DNA from: Flavobacteriales bacterium
GTDB taxonomy: Bacteria > Bacteroidota > Bacteroidia > Flavobacteriales_D > Sanyastnellaceae
DNA length: 45,652 nucleotides
Direction of reading: 5' to 3'
Assembly (NCBI GenBank): GCA_031378885.1
Contig: JANNEQ010000119.1
Coordinates: 1-45,652 of the forward strand
Part shown: piece after piece, positions 10,506 to 20,499 of the stretch
Layout of the letters: each line of letters opens with the position of its first letter
How positions within the stretch are numbered: position 1 is the stretch's first letter
Notes under the pieces: model-generated
Database searches by the model: none
What the model was told of the DNA's origin: nothing
What the model saw: the letters and a program-made list of their open reading frames with translations, nothing else
Position numbers and translations under genes: made by a program

Positions 10506-11390
10506 CTATAGTGCGTTGGATACAATTAATTTACCGCTTTTGAGCACATTAAATTTTTCATCTTCTAATTTATAGGTGTAAAATCCAATAGGCAAATCTA
10601 ACGGGATTTTTTCTGAGTTGATTCTTTTTTGTAAAAATACCAATGCCCCGGTGGAAGAGTATATCGTTAAGTTGAATATTTTATCTGAAGGTAGATTGTC
10701 GAATTGAATACAGTCAACCGAAGGATTTGGAAAAATGTGCACGTCATTGTTTTTATAAATTTCAGTGAGCGCAGTAGCGGTCATATTATTTGCAATGTTG
10801 ATGTTGTCTATTTTTACATGAAAGTCGTTGCCGCCTGTATATTTGAATGCAAGGAAGGTAAGCCCTGAGATGGGTGGAATAAAAATATTCATGGTGTCTT
10901 TCCAGATTGAACTTCCTCCGTGATCATTGCCGGTAAAAAGACCGACAAGATTGGCAATTTCGATTACCTCCATGGCTGAATCCGGATTGTTGGATCCAAC
11001 CAATACAAAGGCTTTAATTTTGTGGTCAATACCCAATTGTGTTACGGCGCCCCCTGAACCTCCTACAGAAACCTTGGCACTCAATGACAGATAAGATGCA
11101 CCAGTAAAATCTATGGGGGGTGATGTAATCCAGTTTATTGAGGGTGTTGCATTACAATCCCAGACATAGTCGTTGGCAGCAAGACATCCGGTTGTATTAA
11201 ATTGGTCATTGCTATTTTGAAAATACCAATGATGATTGAGATATCCTTGCTGAAACTCCGCCCAGCTTACATTTTGAACTGAATCTTCAAAATCATTGAA
11301 ATAGGGGAGTGGTGATATTGTCTGGGACAGTGAACTCATCTGCGCAATTAATATTATGGCAAGTACAATCAGGCATATTTTCGTTTTCAT
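10506..11390 (-). CDS. secreted hypothetical protein with a T9SS type-A C-terminal sorting domain
   Basis: Signal peptide plus the C-terminal IFPNPS...GFYTYKLEDEKFNVLKSGKLIVSN tail. Confidence 0.7.
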   Translation of the reverse strand: MKTKICLIVLAIILIAQMSSLSQTISPLPYFNDFEDSVQNVSWAEFQQGYLNHHWYFQNSNDQFNTTGCLAANDYVWDCNATPSINWITSPPIDFTGASYLSLSAKVSVGGSGGAVTQLGIDHKIKAFVLVGSNNPDSAMEVIEIANLVGLFTGNDHGGSSIWKDTMNIFIPPISGLTFLAFKYTGGNDFHVKIDNINIANNMTATALTEIYKNNDVHIFPNPSVDCIQFDNLPSDKIFNLTIYSSTGALVFLQKRINSEKIPLDLPIGFYTYKLEDEKFNVLKSGKLIVSNAL

Positions 11391-11465
11391 GATGGGTTAT
11401 TTATATTGCCAAATGTAGTTGCAATGTTTTCTTTGGTCTTGTCATATTTTATCATTCAATGGTAG

Positions 11466-12296
11466 TTATTTAATCGATTTTTTTACCATTGTCCTGTAAT
11501 CAGATGGTGTATAGCCTGATTGTTTTTTGAAGAACTTGGAGAAATGAGCATAATCATCAAATCCAAACTGATGGGCAATTTCTTTGAATTCGAAATCGGT
11601 GGAATAAATGTGTTGTTTTATTTTTGAGATAAGTAAATCGGTCTGAAGCTGCATGATGGTTTTGCCGGTGGTTTTTTTTAGCTTCAAGTTGAGATTGGCA
11701 ATACTTGTATTGAGCATATCAGCATATTGTTGTGCTGAAAGCCTTTTCATAAAATTTTCCTGCAGCAGATTGCGAATTTCCGGGTTCACTGCACCCGATT
11801 TGTCATTGCCGGAATCAATGAGTGGTATCAGTTTCAAAAGAATGACGGCGCAGAGATTTTGGAGTAAGGCATTACTTGTTTCTTTGCGCTGAATTTCCTG
11901 AAGGTAAAAGTCAAAACTTTTAAATTGTGAAGCCGTCAGTTGAATGATACGCTCTTTCTCAAATAAAGCCGGATAGTTGTTCGTCGGATCGAATTTCATC
12001 AACTGCTCTACAAAAAGTTCAGTTATGGCAGTAGTGAATCCTAACGAGTGTTCGTTCCGGTTGATCTGATGAAGAATGGTTTTTGGAACAATATGAAAAG
12101 AAAGCGACCTGATGGAATAGGTCTGAAAGTTAATGTCGTGTTTTCCTCCTCCTTTGTAAAAGAAAATTAACTCATGGTAATCATGACAATGCGGCCTGTC
12201 TGATAAATAGGGATTGTGCGCAGACCAGATAAAAGTGTCAACAATTTTCTCCGGCCTGCCGGTGTTGAAGAAACTATATGTGGGTATTTTCTGCAT
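11466..12296 (-). CDS. AraC family transcriptional regulator
   Basis: C-terminal double helix-turn-helix (IKQHIYSTDFEFKEIAHQFGFDDYAHFSKFFKKQSGYTPSDYR) and an N-terminal cupin-like region. Confidence 0.85.
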   Translation of the reverse strand: MQKIPTYSFFNTGRPEKIVDTFIWSAHNPYLSDRPHCHDYHELIFFYKGGGKHDINFQTYSIRSLSFHIVPKTILHQINRNEHSLGFTTAITELFVEQLMKFDPTNNYPALFEKERIIQLTASQFKSFDFYLQEIQRKETSNALLQNLCAVILLKLIPLIDSGNDKSGAVNPEIRNLLQENFMKRLSAQQYADMLNTSIANLNLKLKKTTGKTIMQLQTDLLISKIKQHIYSTDFEFKEIAHQFGFDDYAHFSKFFKKQSGYTPSDYRTMVKKSIK

Positions 12297-12421
12297 GAAG
12301 AGAATAAGTCAAAGATAAACAATACTAAACATTAAATTTTATGGCCAGCGCTGACTGTATGTTCAACTCCATTTTCAACTCTGAATCGATGGTGCGGCTA
12401 ATACCTGCATTCGGAAAGCAA

Positions 12422-13072
12422 CTAATTTTCAATGAGGAGTTCTTCTTTTATAATTGCTCTTTGGTCTTGAGCTACCTCAATAAAGTACAGTCCGTTGGAT
12501 AAATTGCTCAGATCAAGTGTGAAGTTATCTCCCGAAATATTTTGAAGTATAAAAACTTGCTGCCCCATAGAATTGTAAATTGTGAGACTAGCGTTTTTTA
12601 AAGCTGTAATAGTTTGTATGGTAGTTTTGGAGGACGAGGGATTCGGAAAAATGGAATAATCCTTAATAATTGAATTCTCATTTATACCCAATCCTGATCC
12701 AAATGGAATGTTCTCACAAAAGCAGTAGTTGAAACTGACTCTGATGGTGTTTATTGGTGGAATCGCAAAAATAACAGGTGTTATCAAATAGGTACTCTCG
12801 CTGTTGTTGTTGGGTGACCAATGGCAATAACAATTTGAAGCCGCGATGGTGTCAAATGGTTCAATCGTTCTTACGACCATTAATTCGCAGTACACTTGTC
12901 CACCTAAGCCACTCGCACAGTCAGAACAACTGTTGCTGATGGTGACGGCCCAGGCTCCGGATGTGTCTATAGACAGTTCTTCAACTGTCAAATTGGTGCA
13001 ATCGGGGAGATTTTGCCCCAGGCTTGTTAATGAAAACGATAGTGCTATTACAATTATAATCGCTGATTTCAT
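12422..13072 (-). CDS. secreted hypothetical protein with a T9SS type-A C-terminal sorting domain
   Basis: C-terminal IFPNPSS...NGLYFIEVAQDQRAIIKEELLIEN tail. The signal peptide starts at the internal Met (MKSAIIIVIALSF) at 13070-13072, so the longer 13159 start is unlikely. Confidence 0.7.
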   Translation of the reverse strand: MKSAIIIVIALSFSLTSLGQNLPDCTNLTVEELSIDTSGAWAVTISNSCSDCASGLGGQVYCELMVVRTIEPFDTIAASNCYCHWSPNNNSESTYLITPVIFAIPPINTIRVSFNYCFCENIPFGSGLGINENSIIKDYSIFPNPSSSKTTIQTITALKNASLTIYNSMGQQVFILQNISGDNFTLDLSNLSNGLYFIEVAQDQRAIIKEELLIEN

Positions 13073-13343
13073 TTTGCTTGTGTCAGAGATTATAGTGCTG
13101 ACGCCGCACTTTTTATTATTGAAATGGTTCAAAATACAAATACAAATTCGAAAAACCAAATTTAGTTTAATTTGAAGTCAGGTTGCATGTCATTTTAGAC
13201 AAATGGCTTGTCCTTTTTTGTATGGCGTGGCAGGGGTGTTGAGAGAAAAAGTGACTATCTGGAATTGTTATTTGCCGCAGCTCGCCAAAATTCAGAATAC
13301 AGATAATAGTTATCCGACGCCGGATTCAGGTTGGTTGTGCGCC

Positions 13344-13601
13344 TCAGGAAAATAGAACAATCAGGATCACCAGTACCAACAAAATTATGTGTGGAACTGT
13401 CCATGAAAATTTTTCTTTTGGAGTTCTGTCGGATCTCATGTTGATAACCCAACCCGGAATCAATCCACACAATCCTGCAATCTGAAAGAATGGAATGAGA
13501 AAGAGAACAAACCCAATTCCAATTAGCCACGAACTTAATCTTTTCGACCTTGAATAAGCCAACCATTTTTGGTATTTTATACTCTGGCTTTCATTATCCA
13601 T
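13344..13601 (-). CDS. small hypothetical membrane protein (85 aa)
   Basis: Two predicted TM helices. It competes with an overlapping ORF at 13255..13566 that has no such features. Confidence 0.3.
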   Translation of the reverse strand: MDNESQSIKYQKWLAYSRSKRLSSWLIGIGFVLFLIPFFQIAGLCGLIPGWVINMRSDRTPKEKFSWTVPHIILLVLVILIVLFS

Positions 13602-13663
13602 GGGTAAATAATTTGATAAATGAATTTGATGACAAATTAAGACACAATGTTTTTTTGAGTGAA

Positions 13664-14758
13664 CTACTTACTTTCTCTTTTGAGGATTTCGGCAATATAC
13701 TTTTCTTCCTCTTCGGTTAGAATAATATCTGACATCTTGAGATTGGGATCGGGCATGTACCACGCGAATTGACTAAAATAATCGTGAAGCTTTTTGTCTT
13801 TGAATGCATAGCCGTATTGCGCGTAAATGGTGTTTCTAATTATTTTCAATTGCTCTTTGGTATATTCCCGTGTTGAATTTATATCAATTCCATTTAGTAC
13901 CTCACCAGACCTGATTTTTACATGATCAACAGGGAAGATAATAAAGCTATCGTTACTGACAATTCCGAATTCAATATTGTATTTGGGTTGGAAATTCTGA
14001 ATTGAAATCTGTAGTTTGCCGGAAAGTATCCGAACCATACGCGCATTTAAATCTTCTTCGTTACTAAACAATTCGTGGGTGACACGGCCGCTGCCAATTA
14101 CAGACCAACTTGCTTGTGATCCGAAAATATCATTGACATAAAAGTACTTGTTAGCTCCCATATCAATATGTATGGTAAGATCTTTTATTATGCCACCGCT
14201 CCATTTCGATCCTGTTGTAAGTATATAGTCGTACATCTGATCGAATGCCACATTGCTGCTGGCAGGAAAGCTGTAGCTATGGTTGATTTTATTTATTCCA
14301 GGTTGGAAGATAATTTTAAAAAGGAATACATAGAGGCCTGGATGGTCTGGTGCAAATTGTAAGGTGTTGATTTCTGTAAGTTCGCAATCTTCGCATGCCG
14401 CCGCTTTCAGTTGATAGGGTAAAATATTTTCATTTTGAACGATGGTGAAATTTTGGATCTGACATTTTTCACTCAGATCAGATGATACATCACCTGCTGA
14501 TGATGGCGCCTGAAATCCTATCAATAACTTTCGTTCGATATTCTCCGGATTGTTGAATTCAAATTGAATGTCGACATTAGCCGTATTGTTCTGGCACGTA
14601 AATGAGAGTATTTCTTTTTCCAGCGATATTTTTGTTTCTTTTGTGGGGTAAATAATTCCCCCGCTGGTAATATACCTTCCATCATTTCCAAAGGTTGAAA
14701 TGGAAAGGACCAGCATCAAATAGAGGATGAAATTTTTTAAACTGAGATTGGCAAACAT
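13664..14758 (-). CDS. YARHG domain-containing secreted protein
   Basis: Signal peptide, and a C-terminal NTIYAQYGYAFKDKKLHDYFSQFAWYMP that matches the YARHG domain signature. Confidence 0.7.
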   Translation of the reverse strand: MFANLSLKNFILYLMLVLSISTFGNDGRYITSGGIIYPTKETKISLEKEILSFTCQNNTANVDIQFEFNNPENIERKLLIGFQAPSSAGDVSSDLSEKCQIQNFTIVQNENILPYQLKAAACEDCELTEINTLQFAPDHPGLYVFLFKIIFQPGINKINHSYSFPASSNVAFDQMYDYILTTGSKWSGGIIKDLTIHIDMGANKYFYVNDIFGSQASWSVIGSGRVTHELFSNEEDLNARMVRILSGKLQISIQNFQPKYNIEFGIVSNDSFIIFPVDHVKIRSGEVLNGIDINSTREYTKEQLKIIRNTIYAQYGYAFKDKKLHDYFSQFAWYMPDPNLKMSDIILTEEEEKYIAEILKRESK

Positions 14759-14958
14759 TGTCGCAATAAATTATTGTGGTGAGAGTATTAAAAACTGAAC
14801 CCAATGTTGACCAGAATCAAAACTTCCATTGGCCTCAATTGAAAGCCGGTCTTTACAGAAATGTTTTAATCTATAACCGGCTTCAACTTTACATGAATAC
14901 TCCTTTTGTCCAAAGCTGAAAAGCGAAGACAAGTTGAGTGAAAATGGAATGACGCTTT

Positions 14959-15567
14959 TCATTTTGAATTATTTAAAATTTCTGATCGGCGCAGCCATTG
15001 TATTTTACCACAACTTCCAACAATAATTTTTGATTCCTCCTCTGCATAATATTGGGTGAAGTCTTTGGTAAATTGGGTCCATTTTGAATCCACTTGTTCG
15101 CAAGACGTATGGGCAAATGCTATTGTCGATTGGCCAAAAATAAAAATGCAAGGTGTTACTTTAATGGACTGATCTACTCCAAAGTTTAATCTTGTACAAT
15201 CATAAGGAAAGCAAAGTAAAAGTGAATCCTGTGCTGCTTTGCAGAGCACTTCATTCTCATAATCGAACTGCCAGATGTCTATTCTGGAGTATACTTTTTT
15301 GTTATCAACAAGCGGACTGGAATGCGGCTTCAGGGCTTTTAAGGCAGTGGCCTTGCTTTGGTAATGTAGCGGTAGATTTGCAAGAGTTGCTGCAAAGGAT
15401 AAAGAATTAATACCAGGTGAGATTTTGTATGTACTCGTTTGGCTTTGGACAAATTCATTCACTGTCAATGGCTTCTTTTCCTGTAAAGAAAGGATAGAAG
15501 TAACAATAACAATGATAATGAACGATTTGAAATTATGGAAGAGCTTGCGCATGATGGATCTGGACAT
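14959..15567 (-). CDS. hypothetical exported protein
   Basis: ORF with an N-terminal hydrophobic segment. No motifs. Confidence 0.45.
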   Translation of the reverse strand: MSRSIMRKLFHNFKSFIIIVIVTSILSLQEKKPLTVNEFVQSQTSTYKISPGINSLSFAATLANLPLHYQSKATALKALKPHSSPLVDNKKVYSRIDIWQFDYENEVLCKAAQDSLLLCFPYDCTRLNFGVDQSIKVTPCIFIFGQSTIAFAHTSCEQVDSKWTQFTKDFTQYYAEEESKIIVGSCGKIQWLRRSEILNNSK

Positions 15568-15661
15568 TCAGCACAAACTTAAGCAATTTCTATTGTTTTA
15601 AAGTTTTCCTGTTTCAGAATATTTTCAGAATGTTTGCATTGTATTTCAAAATAAAAATTCT

Positions 15662-16240
15662 TCAATTCTTGATGATAATAATCCATTCGGCCAACGAAGG
15701 ATCTCCGCCACCAACAGAAGGAAAGTAAGCATAAAACTTTACTGACTCATTCGTATTGGATTGCAAATATTGCCTCACCAGTTGTATATCCTGCACGGAT
15801 GCCCAAATTGGATCAAAGTCCGGTGCAGGTGTGCCGAGGTTGAGGATTTCCTCAAATCCGGCTTGGGGGTAAATGAGATCTTCAGTACCGGTGCGTGCGA
15901 AGCTACTGGCCGGAAGCATATTTGAAAGCTCAGGGAAACTTTGTGCACCGGTTCCGGACCAAATAATGGTACCGGCAAATAAAGGGGCATTTAGTTCTTC
16001 GTATTTCAGTTCGATCGAACCAAAATCTCCCGGAGCGACATAGTTGGATGTGACAGTAAAACTATTTGTTGGTTGAGAAAACGTGAATTCAAAACCCGAT
16101 TCAAACTGTTGCGTCAGATAATCAACTTTGAGCAACAGAACTTTGTTAGGATTGGTTCCTCCATTTTCTTCCGGATCAGGACATGAACATGACGACAGAA
16201 TCAGGCACATTGCGGCCAAATAGAATAAGGCTATTTTCAT
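15662..16240 (-). CDS. hypothetical lipoprotein
   Basis: Lipobox LILSSCSC after a signal peptide. Confidence 0.55.
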   Translation of the reverse strand: MKIALFYLAAMCLILSSCSCPDPEENGGTNPNKVLLLKVDYLTQQFESGFEFTFSQPTNSFTVTSNYVAPGDFGSIELKYEELNAPLFAGTIIWSGTGAQSFPELSNMLPASSFARTGTEDLIYPQAGFEEILNLGTPAPDFDPIWASVQDIQLVRQYLQSNTNESVKFYAYFPSVGGGDPSLAEWIIIIKN

Positions 16241-16340
16241 GGTTTAACTCATTAGTGTATATTCTCTTGATTAGAAATTTACAGAAACAAGACTACCCTG
16301 ATCGTTAAAGTGCTGCCTCAAGGTGAGAAAATAAAGTCCT

Positions 16341-16721
16341 TTATTTACACAAACTCAGGTTACAAAGCCGCACAAATTCAAGGCCTTTTCTGGATTGAAT
16401 GCAATTTCCTTCCTTGTCAATTCTCCATTTGTCATGAATCTTCAATTCCTCCGAAAATCCGGTGAGTTGAATTGACTTGCCTTCCGATTGCCATTTACCA
16501 GTAATATCAATTTTGGAAGAACTACTTTGATCAATGTAGTGAAAATTCCCGTCTTCATTCAAGGTAAGCTCGAAGGCTGCAGTGCTATTGGTCGAAGGAA
16601 CACAACCGCATACACCATAAGTACCTGCTGCTGTGGCTGATTCTGTTGTATTGCGTGCACTCATTAGCATAATCGATATTCCTGCAATATACAGAATGTT
16701 GATAATGGTCATCTTTTTCAT
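16341..16721 (-). CDS. small hypothetical secreted protein
   Basis: Signal peptide ORF of 126 aa. Confidence 0.45.
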   Translation of the reverse strand: MKKMTIINILYIAGISIMLMSARNTTESATAAGTYGVCGCVPSTNSTAAFELTLNEDGNFHYIDQSSSSKIDITGKWQSEGKSIQLTGFSEELKIHDKWRIDKEGNCIQSRKGLEFVRLCNLSLCK

Positions 16722-16818
16722 GGTGGTATTTGATTGAGTTGTTTTTTATTTGGTACATGATATGAGTACAATCACAAAAGTGACGACCGGAATTTGCACT
16801 GACTTTTTCTGGTTATCG

Positions 16819-17175
16819 TCATTTTCTATCGTCATTCCATAATAGAACTTCATCGGTTCGGGTAGTAAAAAAGTCCGGACAAATCCCATCACCGGATCCA
16901 GTAATACCTCCATCTGGATGGCACAGTAAGTTACAATCCTCATCAAAGAGTTCGCCCATAATATCGCAGCAATAGGGTGGGATATAATAGACTTTTTTCC
17001 CTTGAAAAGTGTATTCCCATACGCAGCCGGGTGGATTTCTGATATCAGCCTTTTTAATTTTCTTTATTTTTGATTTGATGCAATCAGGTGCGTCCTTGGG
17101 TATGTCCTTATTGCAGGAAGTTAAAGCGATCAGGCTGATCGTTATTAATACTGAACTTAAAGCTAATTTGCTCAT
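16819..17175 (-). CDS. small Cys-rich hypothetical lipoprotein
   Basis: Internal Met followed by signal peptide and lipobox (LIALTSC), with multiple Cys. The upstream extension to 17301 is unlikely. Confidence 0.45.
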   Translation of the reverse strand: MSKLALSSVLITISLIALTSCNKDIPKDAPDCIKSKIKKIKKADIRNPPGCVWEYTFQGKKVYYIPPYCCDIMGELFDEDCNLLCHPDGGITGSGDGICPDFFTTRTDEVLLWNDDRK

Positions 17176-17297
17176 CAGGTGTAGTTGATTTAATTCAAAT
17201 GTAGTATTTTTTGGTGTACTTTCAATTAAAAGTGAAGAATAATTCTTGAAGTAAGATTGGTTAATTTCATTGGTCAGTTTACAGAATGTCAGATTTT

Positions 17298-18398
17298 TCA
17301 TGAAATGATGATCTGATCCGAATCAAGGCGATAACTTCTTGTGGGTTCTTTGCTGTAGCCTGCTCTGAAAATAAACCATGTTTTTTTCGTGTTATCTTCA
17401 GATCCGATCTTCTCATTGATTTTGGCGTTCGCAGTTTTATTCGTAATGAGCGAAACAATAGGTTGAATATATGCACCATCTTCGGTCAATTTAAGCCATG
17501 TCCGCGCCAGCATGTGACCGGCATTTAGCCAATCTCCGGTGTTGTCAAATTTACCCGCAAACCAGCACAAAGTACAAGTTCCCCCGAAAGATGCTTTATA
17601 CTGTTTCAATAATTTTTTTTCAGAAGATTTTTTGTTTAGTTGAAAGACTGATTTCATCACCGATTCAGAAAGCCCCATGCACCTGGCCCACAGACCGTCT
17701 TTTTTGGTCTCTGCTTCTTTGGCTGAATACCTGAATAGAGCATTAAGTTCTTTCCTGTCTGCTTCGGATTGCAGATCTTCCAATAATGTTTGATGATTGA
17801 GATCGATCATAAGCTGGATAAACTCTTCTTCGCTTGATGAATTAAAATCGTGCTTAAGTCTGTTTGCTTCTTTCTTTATTTTTTCTAAAGTTGCTTCTGA
17901 AAGTGGTTGACCGTTGTAGTGCTCTCTCGAGGTCATTCTTTTTTGAAATAATGCAGGATTAATCTCTTCCTTTCTTGTTTGTGGAAGTATTTTTAATTTG
18001 GCAAATAATGTCGGTCCGGTTGATTGTACGCTCAAAGGATCAAATACTTCTGAAGTTCTCACCCACATGCCATGGCTTGAGGCTGCGATGGATAAATGTT
18101 CAATAAATACGCCTAAAGCAACTGTTGCAAATATGGACTCAGGGTCGCCAGTGGGCAGCAGCCGCGAAGGATCATAGTACAATTCCGCTTCGTTCGCTGA
18201 AATTATTTTGATCTGGTGTGGTTGCAGATTATGTAACGAAGGACACCACCTGGCTTGTTCAACCAAATTTTTCCAATCAGGATAATCCGAATCATTGACT
18301 TCAGCAGCAAAAAGCCGGCTGAAGGGCTGGAGTAAAATTCCAGTGAATACTCCAGTGGTTATTTGTTTGACAAATGTGCGGCGAGTGTTTAATTCCAT
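17298..18398 (-). CDS. twin-arginine (Tat) signal protein, function unknown
   Basis: N-terminal MELNTRRTFVKQITTGVFTGILL is a Tat motif followed by a hydrophobic region and AxA. The remainder is unrecognised and could be an Acg/nitroreductase-like fold. Confidence 0.6.
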   Translation of the reverse strand: MELNTRRTFVKQITTGVFTGILLQPFSRLFAAEVNDSDYPDWKNLVEQARWCPSLHNLQPHQIKIISANEAELYYDPSRLLPTGDPESIFATVALGVFIEHLSIAASSHGMWVRTSEVFDPLSVQSTGPTLFAKLKILPQTRKEEINPALFQKRMTSREHYNGQPLSEATLEKIKKEANRLKHDFNSSSEEEFIQLMIDLNHQTLLEDLQSEADRKELNALFRYSAKEAETKKDGLWARCMGLSESVMKSVFQLNKKSSEKKLLKQYKASFGGTCTLCWFAGKFDNTGDWLNAGHMLARTWLKLTEDGAYIQPIVSLITNKTANAKINEKIGSEDNTKKTWFIFRAGYSKEPTRSYRLDSDQIIIS

Positions 18399-18624
18399 AA
18401 AAATTCAGACATTCGATTTATTTCTTAAAAGCTAAAGGCCCAATCATGCCGTAGTTTTTGCTCCATGCTTCATATCTATTTTCAGGACCAAAAGAATGAT
18501 ATAATAAACTTAGAACTGTATATGGAAACGAAAGTAAACACAATTAGATGAAAAGTAACTGAAATTCTTTTTCCCAATATGTTGAATTTCGTGCACGGCG
18601 GTTCTTGTTTGCAATTGATCCTGT

Positions 18625-19263
18625 TCAAATCATGAAAATTGAAAATCCAATTATGCCAACAACCAACCCAAAAATGGCAAAGCCAATACCGCGATATGAA
18701 CCGGGATGGCTGGCTATTTTAATCAGACTTGAAAGGCCCAATATCATGGCCAGAATAAATAACAGAAAGCTGAATACCAGAGGAACAAAGAATGCAAGAA
18801 TAGAAAAGAGGAAGGCCCATAATCCTGTTTTTTCAGTCTCTCGATCTTTTGCGCGATAAGGTTCAAGGGTCGCTTTTCTCACAGTTTTGAAATGACGGGT
18901 TAATCCGCCGGTTTGACCGATTATACGCTTGATGGGCGTCGGTGATTTGAATCCTTGCAACGCTTCTTTTACATAGGCAATGTTTTTTTTCTCGATAGTT
19001 GTATCCGAATTATTGTCAGGTATTGATGCAGCTTTTTCTTCAGCTATAATAATTTGTGTAGTTTGGTTGTTCGAATTGACTTGCTCATGTTGCCTGCACG
19101 AGGTTTCTGGTTCAATAGACGAATTACTATTAGACTTATTTGGTGAATGAATCCGTTCTATATGATAGCCTTTTCTATATATTCGCTTTTCAATTGTGCA
19201 TGAAGAAAGGAATAGTATAAGGGCCAGTGTCAGATAAATAGCGTAAGGAAGGTACGATTTCAT
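18625..19263 (-). CDS. membrane-anchored hypothetical protein (paralog of 19626..20258)
   Basis: Lipobox LSSC, a conserved CTIEKRIYRKGYHIE N-terminal motif, and a C-terminal EKTGLWAF plus two TM helices. Colinear with its paralog. Confidence 0.55.
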   Translation of the reverse strand: MKSYLPYAIYLTLALILFLSSCTIEKRIYRKGYHIERIHSPNKSNSNSSIEPETSCRQHEQVNSNNQTTQIIIAEEKAASIPDNNSDTTIEKKNIAYVKEALQGFKSPTPIKRIIGQTGGLTRHFKTVRKATLEPYRAKDRETEKTGLWAFLFSILAFFVPLVFSFLLFILAMILGLSSLIKIASHPGSYRGIGFAIFGLVVGIIGFSIFMI

Positions 19264-19347
19264 TTATTAAAGTTTCTTTTCGGAATCAAACGTAAGTAGA
19301 ATCCTTGAACTTAATTGGATTTTTTTTAAATAGAAAAAGGGAGGACA

Positions 19348-19640
19348 TTAATCCTCCCTGCTTCTATCTTCTGCCATTCGCACCATTTTCGGTGTAAATC
19401 TGGCCACAATATCCACCAGCTCGCGTTGCGCAGCCATCACTGTTTCGATATTCTTATACGCCATAGCTGCTTCATCTAATCCTGTCCCGATCAATGTTAC
19501 ACCATGGTCGTTTAATACTTTGCGCATTTCATCCTTGGTGATGTTTTTCTCCGCGGCAGTTCGACTCATCTGACGACCCGCACCATGCGAAGCCGATAGA
19601 ATCGAATTGGCTTCGCCTTTTGCCGCTAAAAGAACAACAG
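19348..19640 (-). pseudogene. truncated duplicate of the RtcB 3' end (C-terminal ~97 aa)
   Basis: Translates in frame to LLAAKGEANSILSASHGAGRQMSRTAAEKNITKDEMRKVL...RMAEDRSRED, colinear with the last ~97 aa of RtcB at 20500..20790. Nucleotide identity is high over 19345..19625 against 20500..20780. There is no upstream start or N-terminal body. Confidence 0.7.
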
Positions 19641-20258
19641 CATAAATCCAATTACACTTGCAATTAATGCAAACAAGCTGAAACCTTTTCCCAGGTACCT
19701 TTCATTATAGCGTGATATTTTTCTTAGGCTGATGATGGCAAGTAGTATGGCTATTAAAAAGGTGAGTACTGCAAGAGGTCCGGGAAGAAAGTAGCCAAGT
19801 TCTGAAAGTGCAAAGGCCCAGATACCTGTTTTTTCAATCTCCATTGTTTTACGTGGTTCGTTCAATGGCAGATAATCGGATGGATTGTCTTTCCGTTCCG
19901 ATACATTCAAGAAGTTAATGGTTATTCCGTCATCAGCAGGCTGATTGGGTTCCTGAGGTTTGGCTTTACTAACGATTTTATTTTCTACCGATACTGTGTC
20001 TGGGCCGCATGAATTGGATATGGTTATTGGACTTTTAGAAGTGATTGTGGTTGGGCCGGAGGATGTTTGGATTATTTCCGGCTCCTTCGTTTCCTTAGGG
20101 ATGATAACGGTATTTTGACTTTCCGAAAAATCATCGTGTGATTTTAACCATTCAATATGATAGCCTTTTCTGTGAACACGTTTTTGAATGGTGCAGGAGT
20201 GAAGTAGGGTAATTGAAATCAGTACATAAAGCAGGAGCCTTGGGAAAGTTACTTTCAT
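19626..20258 (-). CDS. membrane-anchored hypothetical protein (paralog of 18625..19263)
   Basis: Same architecture as its paralog: lipobox LHSC, the CTIQKRVHRKGYHIE motif, and a C-terminal EKTGIWAF plus TM helices. Confidence 0.55.
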   Translation of the reverse strand: MKVTFPRLLLYVLISITLLHSCTIQKRVHRKGYHIEWLKSHDDFSESQNTVIIPKETKEPEIIQTSSGPTTITSKSPITISNSCGPDTVSVENKIVSKAKPQEPNQPADDGITINFLNVSERKDNPSDYLPLNEPRKTMEIEKTGIWAFALSELGYFLPGPLAVLTFLIAILLAIISLRKISRYNERYLGKGFSLFALIASVIGFMLLFF

Positions 20259-20499
20259 TTGTCAGGTAAAGTTTTATTTTACACGTTTAGAATCGAGTGT
20301 ATAGCGTACATTGGTGAAGGTAAATCCATGTAAATAAATGAGTATTCTGAATTCATATAATTGACAACCACAATATCAGAATATTGATTGAAGATTGTAA
20401 ATAATTTTCAAAGCTCTTGGCTTTACTGAGCATAGGGTTATAATAGGTTTGAGCGCAAATATAGATGAAATGAGTTGAGCAAGTGGAACTGGGAGGACA

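Noticed and set aside
13255-13566. A 103-aa ORF overlapping the small membrane-protein ORF 13344..13601.
   Set aside because: No hydrophobic or other features, and a different frame over the same DNA. The two-TM alternative is kept as the weak call.
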